Shown: in pieces, positions 27,868-37,706 of the stretch | Position numbering within the stretch: the stretch's first letter is position 1 | How the letters are laid out: the number at the start of each line of letters is the position of its first letter | NCBI GenBank assembly: GCA_050486505.1 | Contig: JBJHDK010000004.1 | Location: forward strand, 9,272-73,271 | Length of the DNA stretch: 64,000 nucleotides | Direction of reading: 5' to 3' | DNA from: Fibrobacteria bacterium | GTDB taxonomy: Bacteria > Fibrobacterota > Fibrobacteria > UBA11236 | Program-made: the position numbers and the translations under genes | Notes under the pieces: generated by a model | Database searches by the model: none | What the model saw: only the letters and a program-made list of their open reading frames with translations | What the model was told of the DNA's origin: nothing

Positions 27868-27966
27868 TCCCGTCGCCCCCAGTGCCCCCTGGCCGTCGCG
27901 GAATCGCGGACGATCCCCATCTTTCGCCTGCTATATTAGGCCCTCACGTCATCAGACCGGACTTCC

Positions 27967-28674
27967 ATGCCCAGAACCCTCATCATCATCCCGACCTACA
28001 ACGAGATCGAGAATCTCCCGCTGATGATTCCCGCTCTGGAGGCGCTTGACCTCGGACTCGAGGTTCTCGTCGTCGACGATGGTTCGCCCGACGGCACCGG
28101 GGCCTGGGTCAGGGAGCAACAGGCCTCGAAGCCGCACCTGCACCTGATCGAGCGCTCCGGCAAACAGGGGCTCGGATCCGCGTACGTCGCGGGGTTCAAA
28201 TATGCGCTGGAGCGCGATTATGAACTCATCTTTGAAATGGACGCGGATTTCTCGCACGACCCGGCCTACATCAAGGATTTTCTCGCTGCGATCCACGACG
28301 CGGACCTCGTCATCGGCAGCCGCTACATCAACGGCGTCAATGTCGTGAACTGGCCCATGAGCCGCCTGCTTCTGAGCTACTTCGCCAACATGTACGCACG
28401 GCTGGTGACCGGGCTTCCGGTCCGCGACGCCACGGGCGGATTCAAGTGCTTCCGCGCCGACGCCCTGCGCAAGCTCGACCTCGACCGCATCAGCTCGGGC
28501 GGCTACTCTTTCCAGATCGAAGTGAACTACAAGCTGTGGAAGAAGGGTTGCCGCATCCGCGAAATCCCCATCATCTTCAAGGACCGCACGTTGGGTGCCT
28601 CCAAAATGTCGGGGAAAATCATCAAGGAAGCCCTGTTCCTGCTGGTGAAGCTGCGCCTTGGCGGAGGAAAGTGA
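27967..28674 (+). CDS. Polyprenol monophosphomannose synthase (Ppm1/DPM1-like GT2)
   Basis: IIPTYNE.EN, VVDDGSPDGT, GLGSAY, MDADFSHDP, DATGGFKC, GYSFQIE and F.DR..GASKM. Confidence 0.88.
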   Translation: MPRTLIIIPTYNEIENLPLMIPALEALDLGLEVLVVDDGSPDGTGAWVREQQASKPHLHLIERSGKQGLGSAYVAGFKYALERDYELIFEMDADFSHDPAYIKDFLAAIHDADLVIGSRYINGVNVVNWPMSRLLLSYFANMYARLVTGLPVRDATGGFKCFRADALRKLDLDRISSGGYSFQIEVNYKLWKKGCRIREIPIIFKDRTLGASKMSGKIIKEALFLLVKLRLGGGK

Positions 28675-30413
28675 GGACGGGGGACCAACCCTTCGACTCC
28701 ACTTCGGTAAACTCAGTGCGATACCCCCAGGACAAGAGCCAGGATGCGGGAGACGAGGAGGGACAAGGAGCACCCCCAACCTCTTCCCCCCTGCCTACTG
28801 CCTACCCAAGGGGCGTCTCTGTCATCATCGTCTCCTACAACGTCCGCGAATTTCTTGATGCCTGCCTGCAGAGCATCCGCCACGCTGCGGCGGGTTTCGA
28901 CGGAAAAATCGAGGTCATCGTGTTCGACAACGACTCGCACGATGGCACTGTATCGCTGCTGCGGCCACGTTGGCCCGATGTCACCTGGATCGCTTCGGAT
29001 CGCAACCTCGGCTTCGGATCAGGGTGCAACCGCGGTGCCGCAGTGGCCACGCAAGACCTGCTGCTGTTTCTCAACCCCGACACCTTGGTTCGCGAAGACA
29101 CCTTCCGGGTCATGCGCGACTTTTTCTCGGGACGCGGCGACGTGGGGGCGGCCGGCTGCAAGATCGTGAACCGCGACGGCAGCCTGCAGGCCGCAGCGAA
29201 GCGCAGTTTCCCCTCCCCGCGCGTAGCGGCCTACAAATTCATGGGCCTCGGCAGTCTTTTCCCGAAAAGCCGTGTTTTCGGCCGCTACAACCTGACCTAT
29301 CTCGACGAGAACGAGACTCATGAGGTCGACGCGATCTCGGGTTCCTTCATGTGCATGCGCGCCGAAGTGTTCCGCAAGGCGGGAGGCTTTGACGAGGACT
29401 TTTTCATGTACGGGGAAGATCTGGACCTCTGCTTCCGGATCAAATTGTTGGGGCTGCGCAACTACTACCACCCGGCCACTCAGGTGGTCCACTTCAAGGG
29501 CGAGAGCGCGAAAAGCCGTCCCTTCCGGTCCTTCCTGTATTTCCACGAGGCCATGATCCTCTTCGCCCGCAAGCATCTTGAACTGCACGCGCTGCCGGGA
29601 TTCCTGCTGAATGCCGGCATCATCGTCCTGGCCGCGGCCAATTTCATCTCTTCGCGCTTCCGCAAGTGGAGCCGCTGGCTCGCCGATCTCGTCGTGGTCA
29701 ACGGAGTGCTCGCTGCGACAGCCTACGCCTACCACAACATCCTCGACATCCGCCACGTCGCGACAGAGTACCCCGGCATGTATCTGCTGTCGCATTTACT
29801 CGTTTCCCTCGCGGTATTGCTTCCCTTCGCCTACATCGGCGAGTACGGCCGTCGCGTCGCACCTCCGCGCGCGGTTCTGTTCGCAGCCGCAGGCGGATTT
29901 CTTGCCTTCTTTTCCTTGAGCTACTTCCTCCACGAGCACGCCTATTCAAGGGTCGTCTTCGGAGTCACGGGTCTCCTGAGCGTCGCCCTGCTTTCGGGAT
30001 GGCGCTGGGTTCGGTCGCACGGAGGCAAGCTTTTCCGAAAGCTCATGGACGGTTCCCGGCGCGTCGCCATTCTCGGAACCGGGGCGCGGGCCCTCGCGCT
30101 CGCGGAACTCATCCACTCGGATCGCGTGGAGGGTTATGAATGCGTCGGCTTCATCCATTTTCCAAAGGGCCCGGCGCCTCCCGAGGTGCGGGCAAGCGTG
30201 ATCGGCGAAGTCGATTCCCTGCCGGGGTTGTCGAGAAAACTCGACCTCGCCGGAGTCATTGTTGCATTGGAGGGCGACGCATACCCCGCGGCACTCGAAA
30301 TCCTCGCGCAACAGGGCGCGCGAGCACTTGAGGTCAAGGTGCTGCTGGGGCCTCCGGAACCGGGGAAATTCAGCCTGATCGACCTTAATTTCGCGGATTC
30401 CCCGAAACAGTGA
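28671..30413 (+). CDS. GT2 glycosyltransferase fused to a membrane domain and a Rossmann-like domain
   Basis: VIIVSYNV, DNDSHDG, NLGFG, LNPDT, FFMYGEDLD and HFKGES, then TM helices and VAILGTG. Exact start uncertain. Confidence 0.85.
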   Translation: MRTGDQPFDSTSVNSVRYPQDKSQDAGDEEGQGAPPTSSPLPTAYPRGVSVIIVSYNVREFLDACLQSIRHAAAGFDGKIEVIVFDNDSHDGTVSLLRPRWPDVTWIASDRNLGFGSGCNRGAAVATQDLLLFLNPDTLVREDTFRVMRDFFSGRGDVGAAGCKIVNRDGSLQAAAKRSFPSPRVAAYKFMGLGSLFPKSRVFGRYNLTYLDENETHEVDAISGSFMCMRAEVFRKAGGFDEDFFMYGEDLDLCFRIKLLGLRNYYHPATQVVHFKGESAKSRPFRSFLYFHEAMILFARKHLELHALPGFLLNAGIIVLAAANFISSRFRKWSRWLADLVVVNGVLAATAYAYHNILDIRHVATEYPGMYLLSHLLVSLAVLLPFAYIGEYGRRVAPPRAVLFAAAGGFLAFFSLSYFLHEHAYSRVVFGVTGLLSVALLSGWRWVRSHGGKLFRKLMDGSRRVAILGTGARALALAELIHSDRVEGYECVGFIHFPKGPAPPEVRASVIGEVDSLPGLSRKLDLAGVIVALEGDAYPAALEILAQQGARALEVKVLLGPPEPGKFSLIDLNFADSPKQ

Positions 30414-30507
30414 ACGGACGCTCCTTGCTGGAGCCCCCTTCGACGACTAGGTTTTGGCCTCGCCGCGCGCGTAAAAAAGCCGCTCACGGCACAGGAAAGG
30501 ACAGGAC

Positions 30508-31464
30508 ATGCCCGTACCCAAGGGGCCCCATCTCGAGTTCGAACAGCCGGTGGTCGAGCTGGCGATGAAAATCGAGGATCTCCTCAAGTCAGGTGAAGTG
30601 ACAGGGTCCGATGTCAAGGCTCTCCAGGTCAAAAAGGAAGCCCTCCAGAAGAAAATCGCGGCGAAACTCTCGCCCTGGAACCGGATCGAACTGGCCCGGA
30701 GAGCGGGCCGCCCATTCACCCTGGATTACGTTCACAGCATCTTCGCCGACTTCGTCGAACTGCATGGCGATCGCCGCTTCGGGGATGACCCGGCCATGGT
30801 TTGCGGTCTCGCGCGCCTCGGTGAGCAAAGTGTCATGATCATCGGCCAGCAAAAGGGCCGCGACACCAAGGAAAGCATCCGTCGCAACTTCGGCATGGCT
30901 CACCCCGAGGGATATCGCAAGGCCCTGCGCTGCATGAAGCTCGCGGAGAAATTCCGCATCCCGGTGATATCATTCATCGACACTCCCGGGGCCTATCCCG
31001 GCCTCGGGGCGGAAGAACGAGGGCAGGGTGAGGCCATCGCCCTCAATCTCATGGAAATGGCCGTGCTTCGCGTCCCCATCATCGCCGTGGTCATCGGGGA
31101 AGGAGCCAGCGGGGGTGCACTCGGGATCGGCGTCGGTGACCGCCTGCTCATGCTTGAGAACGCATGGTACGGCGTCATCTCTCCGGAATCGTGCAGCGCC
31201 ATCCTTTGGGGCGACAGCAGCAAGAAACAGGAACTGAGCGGCACCATGAAAATCACTGCTGGGGACCTCAAGAACCTCAACGTGATCGATCGCATCATCC
31301 CCGAGCCCTTGGGCGGAGCCCACTGGGATCCCGATGCGATGTGCGGCACCTTGAAGCAAGTGCTCACGGAAGAGCTCTCTCTCCTGCGTGATGCCGACAT
31401 CGAAGCTCTTGTTGAAAAGCGCGGAGCGAAATATGCCGCCATCGCCCAGTTCGCGGAGAAATAG
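30508..31464 (+). CDS. accA: Acetyl-CoA carboxylase carboxyltransferase alpha subunit
   Basis: LHGDRRFGDD, RNFGMAHPEGYRKA, DTPGAYPG and GEGASGGAL. Confidence 0.96.
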   Translation: MPVPKGPHLEFEQPVVELAMKIEDLLKSGEVTGSDVKALQVKKEALQKKIAAKLSPWNRIELARRAGRPFTLDYVHSIFADFVELHGDRRFGDDPAMVCGLARLGEQSVMIIGQQKGRDTKESIRRNFGMAHPEGYRKALRCMKLAEKFRIPVISFIDTPGAYPGLGAEERGQGEAIALNLMEMAVLRVPIIAVVIGEGASGGALGIGVGDRLLMLENAWYGVISPESCSAILWGDSSKKQELSGTMKITAGDLKNLNVIDRIIPEPLGGAHWDPDAMCGTLKQVLTEELSLLRDADIEALVEKRGAKYAAIAQFAEK

Positions 31465-31472
31465 GAGGCGTC

Positions 31473-31721
31473 ATGCTCGACGGGAAACTTCTTGAAATCC
31501 TGTGTTGCCCCGAAACACGGCAAGACCTTGCGGTCGCCGGCGACGAGGTCATTTCAGCGCTCAACGCTCGCGTGGACGCCGGAACGCTGACAAACCGCGT
31601 GGGCGAGCCTGTCCGCGAAAAACTCGATGGCGGCTTGGTACGCGCCGACGGCAAATTTCTCTACCCCGTCCGCGAAGACATTCCCGTGATGCTCATCGAC
31701 GAAGCCATCCCGCTCTCCTGA
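31473..31721 (+). CDS. Trm112-family protein
   Basis: LLEILCCPET...YPVREDIPVMLIDEA. Confidence 0.85.
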   Translation: MLDGKLLEILCCPETRQDLAVAGDEVISALNARVDAGTLTNRVGEPVREKLDGGLVRADGKFLYPVREDIPVMLIDEAIPLS

Positions 31722-31749
31722 AGCCGGCCACGGCAACGCATCCACAGGC

Positions 31750-32424
31750 ATGACACGTCCAGCATCGACTCCGGATCAGCACGAGCCTCCAGGAATGGTG
31801 GCAGGGTTCGCCCGCACCGCGGAAGCCCTGCACCTGGACGGCGATACCGATGCCGCGCTGCAGTTGCTTGCGGAGGGAATCCGCCTGCGGCCCCGCGATG
31901 TGACGGGGCGTCTCGTGCTCGCGCGCGTCTGCCTCGACAGCGGACGGCGGGGCGAAGCCGTCGAGTGGCTTGAGAGTGTGTTGCGTGCTGATCCGGACTG
32001 CCCGGCGGCTCTCGTACAATTGGCCGAATTGCGCGCCGATGCGGAAACTGCGAGGTACAGAAAACGGGCCCTTGCGCGCGAGCCTTGGGACGAATCCGAA
32101 AGTCTTTCCACGAACACGCCGAATGTCGACCAGACACCCGCGAGCCCCGAACTCGAGTCGGCTCCCGCACCGATACCCCATGTTCTACCCGTGCAAGAGG
32201 ACGAGGAGCTTCCCGAAGACGAAGATCCCGCAAATCTTCCGCACATTGCCACGGCCACTCTGGCCGAGATATATTTCCAGCAGGGCCTGAAAGAGCAGGC
32301 AGCGCAAATTTACCGCCTGATTTTGGAGCGGCATCCAGGGGACGCTTCCGCGAGGGAACGCCTTGAGGTGATTGAAACTTCCATTGAGGGGCCCGCTCCG
32401 CGGGCAACGGACGAAAACGGTTAG
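31750..32424 (+). CDS. TPR protein with acidic/Pro-rich linker
   Basis: N-terminal TPR helices, low-complexity linker and C-terminal TATLAEIYFQQG..A.QIY motif. Confidence 0.7.
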   Translation: MTRPASTPDQHEPPGMVAGFARTAEALHLDGDTDAALQLLAEGIRLRPRDVTGRLVLARVCLDSGRRGEAVEWLESVLRADPDCPAALVQLAELRADAETARYRKRALAREPWDESESLSTNTPNVDQTPASPELESAPAPIPHVLPVQEDEELPEDEDPANLPHIATATLAEIYFQQGLKEQAAQIYRLILERHPGDASARERLEVIETSIEGPAPRATDENG

Positions 32425-32450
32425 CTCCGGTTTCTGAAGGGGATTCCAGC

Positions 32451-32930
32451 ATGCAACTTTCCGATGTATCGAACCTGGTCAAATTGCTCGACAAGAGCGG
32501 ACTCGCCGAGCTGAGGTTCAGCGACGGAACGTTCAACCTGGTCCTCAAGAAAGAATCCCGCCACGCCCCCGTTGCCCAGATCGTTCACGCAGCCGCCCCG
32601 GCGGCACCTGCGGCCGCACCGGCCGCCCCCACTGCGACTCCCGTGTCTTCGGCTCCGCCCCCCGCGCCCGAAAAAGCCTCCGGGCCCGCACTCAAGGAAA
32701 TCACTTCACCGATGGTCGGCACCTTTTATGCCAGCTCGTCTCCGGGAAGCCCCGCCTTCGCGCAGGTCGGCACGGTGGTGAAGCCAGGCCAGGTGCTCTG
32801 CATCATCGAAGCCATGAAGATCATGAACGAAATCGAATCCGACATCTCGGGCGAAATCGTCGAGGTCTGCGTTTCGAACGAGACCCCGGTCGAGTACGGC
32901 ACCGTGCTCTACCGCGTCCGCCCCGCGTAG
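32451..32930 (+). CDS. accB: Biotin carboxyl carrier protein
   Basis: Ala/Pro linker, SPMVGTFY and EAMKIMNEI biotinylation motif. Confidence 0.96.
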   Translation: MQLSDVSNLVKLLDKSGLAELRFSDGTFNLVLKKESRHAPVAQIVHAAAPAAPAAAPAAPTATPVSSAPPPAPEKASGPALKEITSPMVGTFYASSSPGSPAFAQVGTVVKPGQVLCIIEAMKIMNEIESDISGEIVEVCVSNETPVEYGTVLYRVRPA

Positions 32931-32978
32931 GGCGATTCATTTTTGCCCCGCAAGGGCGCACGCGAACGGAGAATCACG

Positions 32979-34334
32979 TTGTTCAAGAAAATCCTGGTCG
33001 CCAATCGCGGCGAGATCGCCCTGCGCGTCATCCGCACCTGCAAGGAGATGGGCATCGCCACGGTGGCCCTGCACTCCACCGCCGACACGCACTCGATGCA
33101 CGTGTACCAGGCCGAGGAAGACATCTGCATCGGTCCCCCGAACAGCAAGCAAAGTTATCTGAACATGCGGCAGATCCTTTCCGCTGCCGAGTTGACCAAC
33201 GCAGATGCCGTGCACCCGGGCTACGGGTTTCTCTCCGAGAATGCCCGCTTCGCGGAAGTCTGCCGCGACAACAAGCTGGTGTTCATCGGCCCGACTCCCG
33301 AAGTGATCCGCAGCATGGGCGACAAGGCCCAGGCCAAGGCCACCATGCGCAAGGCGAAGGTGCCCGTCATTCCCGGCTCGCAAGGCCTGGTGAAGTCGCT
33401 GGATGATGCTCTCAGCGAGGCATCTAAGGTCGGGTATCCCGTGATCGTGAAAGCTTCGGCCGGCGGCGGCGGGCGTGGCATGCGCATGGCGCGCAACGCA
33501 GAGGAACTGAAAAAGCTTTATCCCGTGGCCGCTTCCGAGGCGCAGGCATGCTTCGGCAATAACGACCTTTACTTGGAACGCTTCTTCACCGAGCCGCGCC
33601 ACGTCGAAATCCAGCTCATCGGCGACCAGCACGGCAACATGGTTCACTTGGGTGAGCGCGACTGCTCGGTGCAGCGCCGCCACCAGAAGCTGATCGAGGA
33701 GAGCCCCAGCCCCGCCGTCACGCCCGAGATCCGCAAGCGGATGGGCGAGATCGCCGCCAAGGGCGCGCTCGAAGCGGGCTACCACAACGCCGGCACCATC
33801 GAGTTCCTCTACGATACCGACAACTCGTTCTACTTCATGGAAATGAACACGCGCATCCAGGTCGAGCATCCGGTAACCGAGTGCGTCACGGGCATCGACC
33901 TCATCCGCGCGCAGGTCATGGTCGCGGCGGGCGAGAAGCTTCCCTTCACGCAGGACGACGTGCGCTTCGACGGGCACGCGATCGAGTGCCGCATCAATGC
34001 CGAGGATCCGTTCAACGACTTCCGGCCCTCGCCCGGGACCCTGCAAACCTTCCATCTTCCCGGCGGGCCCGGCGTGCGCGTGGACACCCACTGCTACAGC
34101 GGCTATACCGTGCCCCCCCATTACGACAGCATGATCGCCAAGCTGATCGTGCACGCTCCGACCCGCAAGGAGGCGATCGCGCGGATGCTGCGCGCGCTCG
34201 ACGAGTTCGTGATCGAGGGTGTGAAGACCACGATCCCGCTGCACAAGCGCATCCTGAAGCATCCGCAGTTCGCCAAGGGCGAGTACACGACCAAATTCCT
34301 CGAGCTGTTCCCGGAGCTGCTGGTCGGGGAGTGA
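32979..34334 (+). CDS. accC: Biotin carboxylase
   Basis: TTG start then [41 protein letters not shown] and [10 protein letters not shown]. Confidence 0.96.
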   Translation: MFKKILVANRGEIALRVIRTCKEMGIATVALHSTADTHSMHVYQAEEDICIGPPNSKQSYLNMRQILSAAELTNADAVHPGYGFLSENARFAEVCRDNKLVFIGPTPEVIRSMGDKAQAKATMRKAKVPVIPGSQGLVKSLDDALSEASKVGYPVIVKASAGGGGRGMRMARNAEELKKLYPVAASEAQACFGNNDLYLERFFTEPRHVEIQLIGDQHGNMVHLGERDCSVQRRHQKLIEESPSPAVTPEIRKRMGEIAAKGALEAGYHNAGTIEFLYDTDNSFYFMEMNTRIQVEHPVTECVTGIDLIRAQVMVAAGEKLPFTQDDVRFDGHAIECRINAEDPFNDFRPSPGTLQTFHLPGGPGVRVDTHCYSGYTVPPHYDSMIAKLIVHAPTRKEAIARMLRALDEFVIEGVKTTIPLHKRILKHPQFAKGEYTTKFLELFPELLVGE

Positions 34335-34390
34335 CCCTACACGGGGAGGCGACGGCGACGAAAACCCCCCGTTTTCTAGCTTTGCCCTCC

Positions 34391-35365
34391 ATGTCCAACC
34401 GCAGCATCTCCACAGCCGCCGAACTCCGCGGCGTGTGGCCCGCCCTCTTCACCCCCCTCAAGAACGACGACCCCAAGCGGCTGCGCAACTCGATTGATTT
34501 CGACAAGGCGAAGTCGATGATCGATGATTTGATCGCAGCCGGAGTCAGCGGTCTCGTTCCGGTTGGCACCACGGGTCAGAGTCCCACGGTCAGCCCCGAG
34601 CAACACCTTGAGATGATCCGGTTCACCGTGGATTATGTGGGGGGCCGCGTTCCGGTCATCGCCGGGGCGGGGTCCAATTCGACCCGCGAGTCGGTCGACA
34701 TGATCCAGCAAATCCAAAAATCCCTGGGTGACATGGCCGTGCTCTGCGTCACCGGCTACTACAACAACCCGCCGCAAGAGGGGCTCATCGCGCACTTCGA
34801 AACGCTCTCGCGCGAGAGCGGGGCGAAAATCGTGGTGTACAACGTGCCCTCGCGCACGGCGAGCTACCTGGAGGCGGATACCTTGATCCGACTCGCCGCC
34901 GACCCGAACATCATCGGCCTCAAGCAGGCGGTCGACTTCCGCAGCGCGGGCAAGTACCGTGAAGACACCATCCGCGTCATCGCGGAAACAAAGGGGCTCG
35001 ATTTCACCACGGTGAGCGGCGAAGACGACGGCGTGGCAGCCATCCTCGAGCTTGGCGGCAGCGGTGTCATCACCGCTTCGGGAAACATCCCCGAGCTGTC
35101 CGGACTGTTCCTCAAGATCGTGGCGGCCCACGAAGCTGGCAAGCCCGACGAAGCGAAGCGCCTGCAGGAGGCCTCCATGGAGTTCGTGCGGAGGGTGTTC
35201 TCCCGCAAGAACCCGATTGTTTTGGGGACGTTGTTCAACTCACCGCTGTTCCTGCCGCTGGTCTCGGTGCGCGAAACGGTGGATGGGGAGGCGCTGGAAA
35301 AGGAACTGCTGCAGTTCATCCGCGACAAGGCGCCGTCGCTCAAGAAGTACCACACCGGAATGTAG
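34391..35365 (+). CDS. dapA: 4-hydroxy-tetrahydrodipicolinate synthase family
   Basis: GTTGQSPT, GAGSNST, YNVPSRT, Schiff-base Lys in IIGLKQA, and SGEDD. Confidence 0.85.
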   Translation: MSNRSISTAAELRGVWPALFTPLKNDDPKRLRNSIDFDKAKSMIDDLIAAGVSGLVPVGTTGQSPTVSPEQHLEMIRFTVDYVGGRVPVIAGAGSNSTRESVDMIQQIQKSLGDMAVLCVTGYYNNPPQEGLIAHFETLSRESGAKIVVYNVPSRTASYLEADTLIRLAADPNIIGLKQAVDFRSAGKYREDTIRVIAETKGLDFTTVSGEDDGVAAILELGGSGVITASGNIPELSGLFLKIVAAHEAGKPDEAKRLQEASMEFVRRVFSRKNPIVLGTLFNSPLFLPLVSVRETVDGEALEKELLQFIRDKAPSLKKYHTGM

Positions 35366-35405
35366 GGCGAGCCTCCCGGTCTTCGCCGGGATGACGAGCT
35401 CGCCC
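35362..35405 (+). repeat. Composite GTAG REP-like element with nested hairpin
   Basis: GTAGGGCGAGC-ctcccggtcttcgccgggatgacga-GCTCGCCC. The inner part is the reverse complement (one mismatch) of 61327-61351. Confidence 0.7.
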
Positions 35406-35424
35406 GGACGGCGCCCGTCCCCTT

Positions 35425-35616
35425 CTAATCATCCTCCCGCGACACATCGACGCGGGGATTCCCCCGCTCATCCACCCTCACGGCGAACTCGATCGGACGA
35501 CAGCACACCTGGCAGTCTTCGACATACTCCTGCCTCTCCACCGAGAGATCGATTTCGATGCGGATGGTTTCCCCGCAATAGGGGCAACCGACGGGAACCA
35601 TTTTCAATCCGTCCAT
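35425..35616 (-). CDS. CPXCG-motif cysteine-rich small protein
   Basis: CPYCGE..D.S...QEYVEDCQVCCRP. Confidence 0.85.
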   Translation of the reverse strand: MDGLKMVPVGCPYCGETIRIEIDLSVERQEYVEDCQVCCRPIEFAVRVDERGNPRVDVSREDD

Positions 35617-35666
35617 ACGGATCAACGTAAAAAGCCGCGGCGCGATAGCGCCAAGACGCCAAGCCG

Positions 35667-36455
35667 CTACACCCCCACGATCGTCCCGGCATTCAACGCG
35701 CCGGTGATCTGGTCCTCCAGCGCCTGCGCGTCGGAGAATCCGCAGATGTGAACCTCGCCCACACCTGCTTCCACGGCAGCAAGACACGACCGCACCTTCG
35801 GAATCATCCCCCCGGCAATCACGCCATCACGGATCAACGCTTCGGCGGACTCGCGGTTCAGGTGCGGCACGATTTGTTTGGATCCATCGAGCACGCCGGG
35901 CACATCGGAAACGAACACAAGCTTTGCCGCTTTCATTCCCGTCGCGATGGCTGCCGCCGCATCATCGGCATTGACGTTGTAATGCAACCCGGCCACGTCC
36001 GCCGAGACCGGGGACAACACGGGCAAAAAGCGCGCGGCGATCAGCGCCTCGACAAGCGCGGGCCGTGCCTGCGCGATCGTGCCGACGCGGCCGAGCTCGG
36101 GATCGAGCGGCCGACACACCAAGGTGGAACCGTCGACACCGCTGAGCCCGCACGCCCGTGCGCCCGAGGATTGCAGCAGCGACACCAGCCGCTTGTTCAC
36201 CAAGCCGCTCAACGTCATCTCCACCACATCAATCGCGGCCTCGGAAGTGACGCGCAACCCGTTCTTGAAGTGCGGCTCCTCACCGAGCCACTGCAAGTGA
36301 CGATTGATGTCCTTGCCGCCGCCGTGAGCAAGTACCAGCGGCATGCCCGCGGTCCAAAGCTCCGCGAGCGCCTTGGCCAAGCCGCCCAGGGCCTCCGGGC
36401 TCTCCATCATGGAACCGCCGATTTTGATGACGACGGGGAGATTCGAAGAAGTCAT
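35667..36455 (-). CDS. argB: Acetylglutamate kinase
   Basis: VIKIGG, HGGGKDI, GLRVT, NVNADDAA, SDVPGV and GGMIPKV. Start MTSSNLP. Confidence 0.94.
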   Translation of the reverse strand: MTSSNLPVVIKIGGSMMESPEALGGLAKALAELWTAGMPLVLAHGGGKDINRHLQWLGEEPHFKNGLRVTSEAAIDVVEMTLSGLVNKRLVSLLQSSGARACGLSGVDGSTLVCRPLDPELGRVGTIAQARPALVEALIAARFLPVLSPVSADVAGLHYNVNADDAAAAIATGMKAAKLVFVSDVPGVLDGSKQIVPHLNRESAEALIRDGVIAGGMIPKVRSCLAAVEAGVGEVHICGFSDAQALEDQITGALNAGTIVGV

Positions 36456-36674
36456 GGGGCGAAAAGGTAGGTAGGGAACATCAAGAGGAAACAGAGGCCG
36501 AGCAAACAGGGGCGCCGGAGCTCCGGGCGAGCGAGAGCAGGAGGACCGAGGGAGCCGTACCGGATGTACGGCGACCGATGGCCGACGCACGATCGCGACG
36601 CCCGCAGCCCGGCGAAACGGCAGCGTGCTCGCCCTTCCGTATTTTTGTCGCCGAACTTTTCCGCACGCTTTGCG

Positions 36675-37706
36675 TTAAATCAGTCCTGCAGTCTCTTCCA
36701 TCCCGAACATGATGTTCAGGTTCTGCACCGCCTGCCCCGACGCCCCCTTCACCATGTTGTCGATCACCGACACGATGATGATGCGGTTCGTGTTCGCGGG
36801 CTGGTACACCTTGAAGCGGCACTCGTTCGACCGCGTCACGTCTCCGGTGCGGGGATAATCCTTCGCCGGCCGCACGAAGGGCATGTTGCCGTAGGTCTTG
36901 TTCCACACGTTCTCGACATCGGCGGCGGACTTGCCTTCGGCAAGCTCGGCGTAAATCGTCGACAGGATCCCCCGCTCCATGGGCACGAGATGGGGCGTGA
37001 ACAGGGGCGACACGGAGCCCCCCGCCGCGAGGGACAATTGCTCCGCGATCTCGGGGAGATGCCGGTGTTGGTCCCCCACCTTGTACGCGGAAAAATTTTC
37101 GTTCACGAAAAAGAAATGCGTGCCTTCCGTGGCCTTGCGCCCCGCGCCGGACACACCCGACTTGGAGTCCGCGATGATGCCTTCCCGCCGGATCACGCCG
37201 TCGTGCAGCAAAGGCACGAGCGGCAGCAGGATCGATGTCGGGTAGCAGCCGGGGTTCGCCACCAGCCTGGCACCAGTGATGTGCCGCCGATTGATCTCGG
37301 AGAGGCCGTACACCGCCTCCTTGAGCCGCGCGGGATGGGGGTGGGCATGGGCGTAGGTCTTGCCGTAGACCTCGGCATCTGAAAGCCGGTAATCGGCGGA
37401 CAGGTCGACGACCCGGGTTTTGCCGTTGGCGAGAAACGGTTCGATGGCTTCCGCGGAGGCAGCGTGCGGGAGGCAGGAAAAGACTGCATCGGGCGACGTC
37501 TTCCAGGCGTCCTGCATCGAAATCAGCCGCTCGGCCGTTTCCGGAAGCCTGCCGGCGAATTGGGGGTATACGCCTGCATACTCCGCGCCTGCCTGGGACT
37601 CGGACGACATCCACGCGATCTTGACCCCCGGGTGCCGCAACAGCAACCGGACCAGCTCGGCCCCGGTCAACCCGGTGGCACCCAGAATTCCCACGGTAAG
37701 TTTCAT
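36675..37706 (-). CDS. argC: N-acetyl-gamma-glutamyl-phosphate reductase
   Basis: GATGLTG, DLSADYR, ANPGCYPT, SGVSGAGR, HRHLPEI and DNMVKGASGQAVQN. Confidence 0.96.
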   Translation of the reverse strand: MKLTVGILGATGLTGAELVRLLLRHPGVKIAWMSSESQAGAEYAGVYPQFAGRLPETAERLISMQDAWKTSPDAVFSCLPHAASAEAIEPFLANGKTRVVDLSADYRLSDAEVYGKTYAHAHPHPARLKEAVYGLSEINRRHITGARLVANPGCYPTSILLPLVPLLHDGVIRREGIIADSKSGVSGAGRKATEGTHFFFVNENFSAYKVGDQHRHLPEIAEQLSLAAGGSVSPLFTPHLVPMERGILSTIYAELAEGKSAADVENVWNKTYGNMPFVRPAKDYPRTGDVTRSNECRFKVYQPANTNRIIIVSVIDNMVKGASGQAVQNLNIMFGMEETAGLI

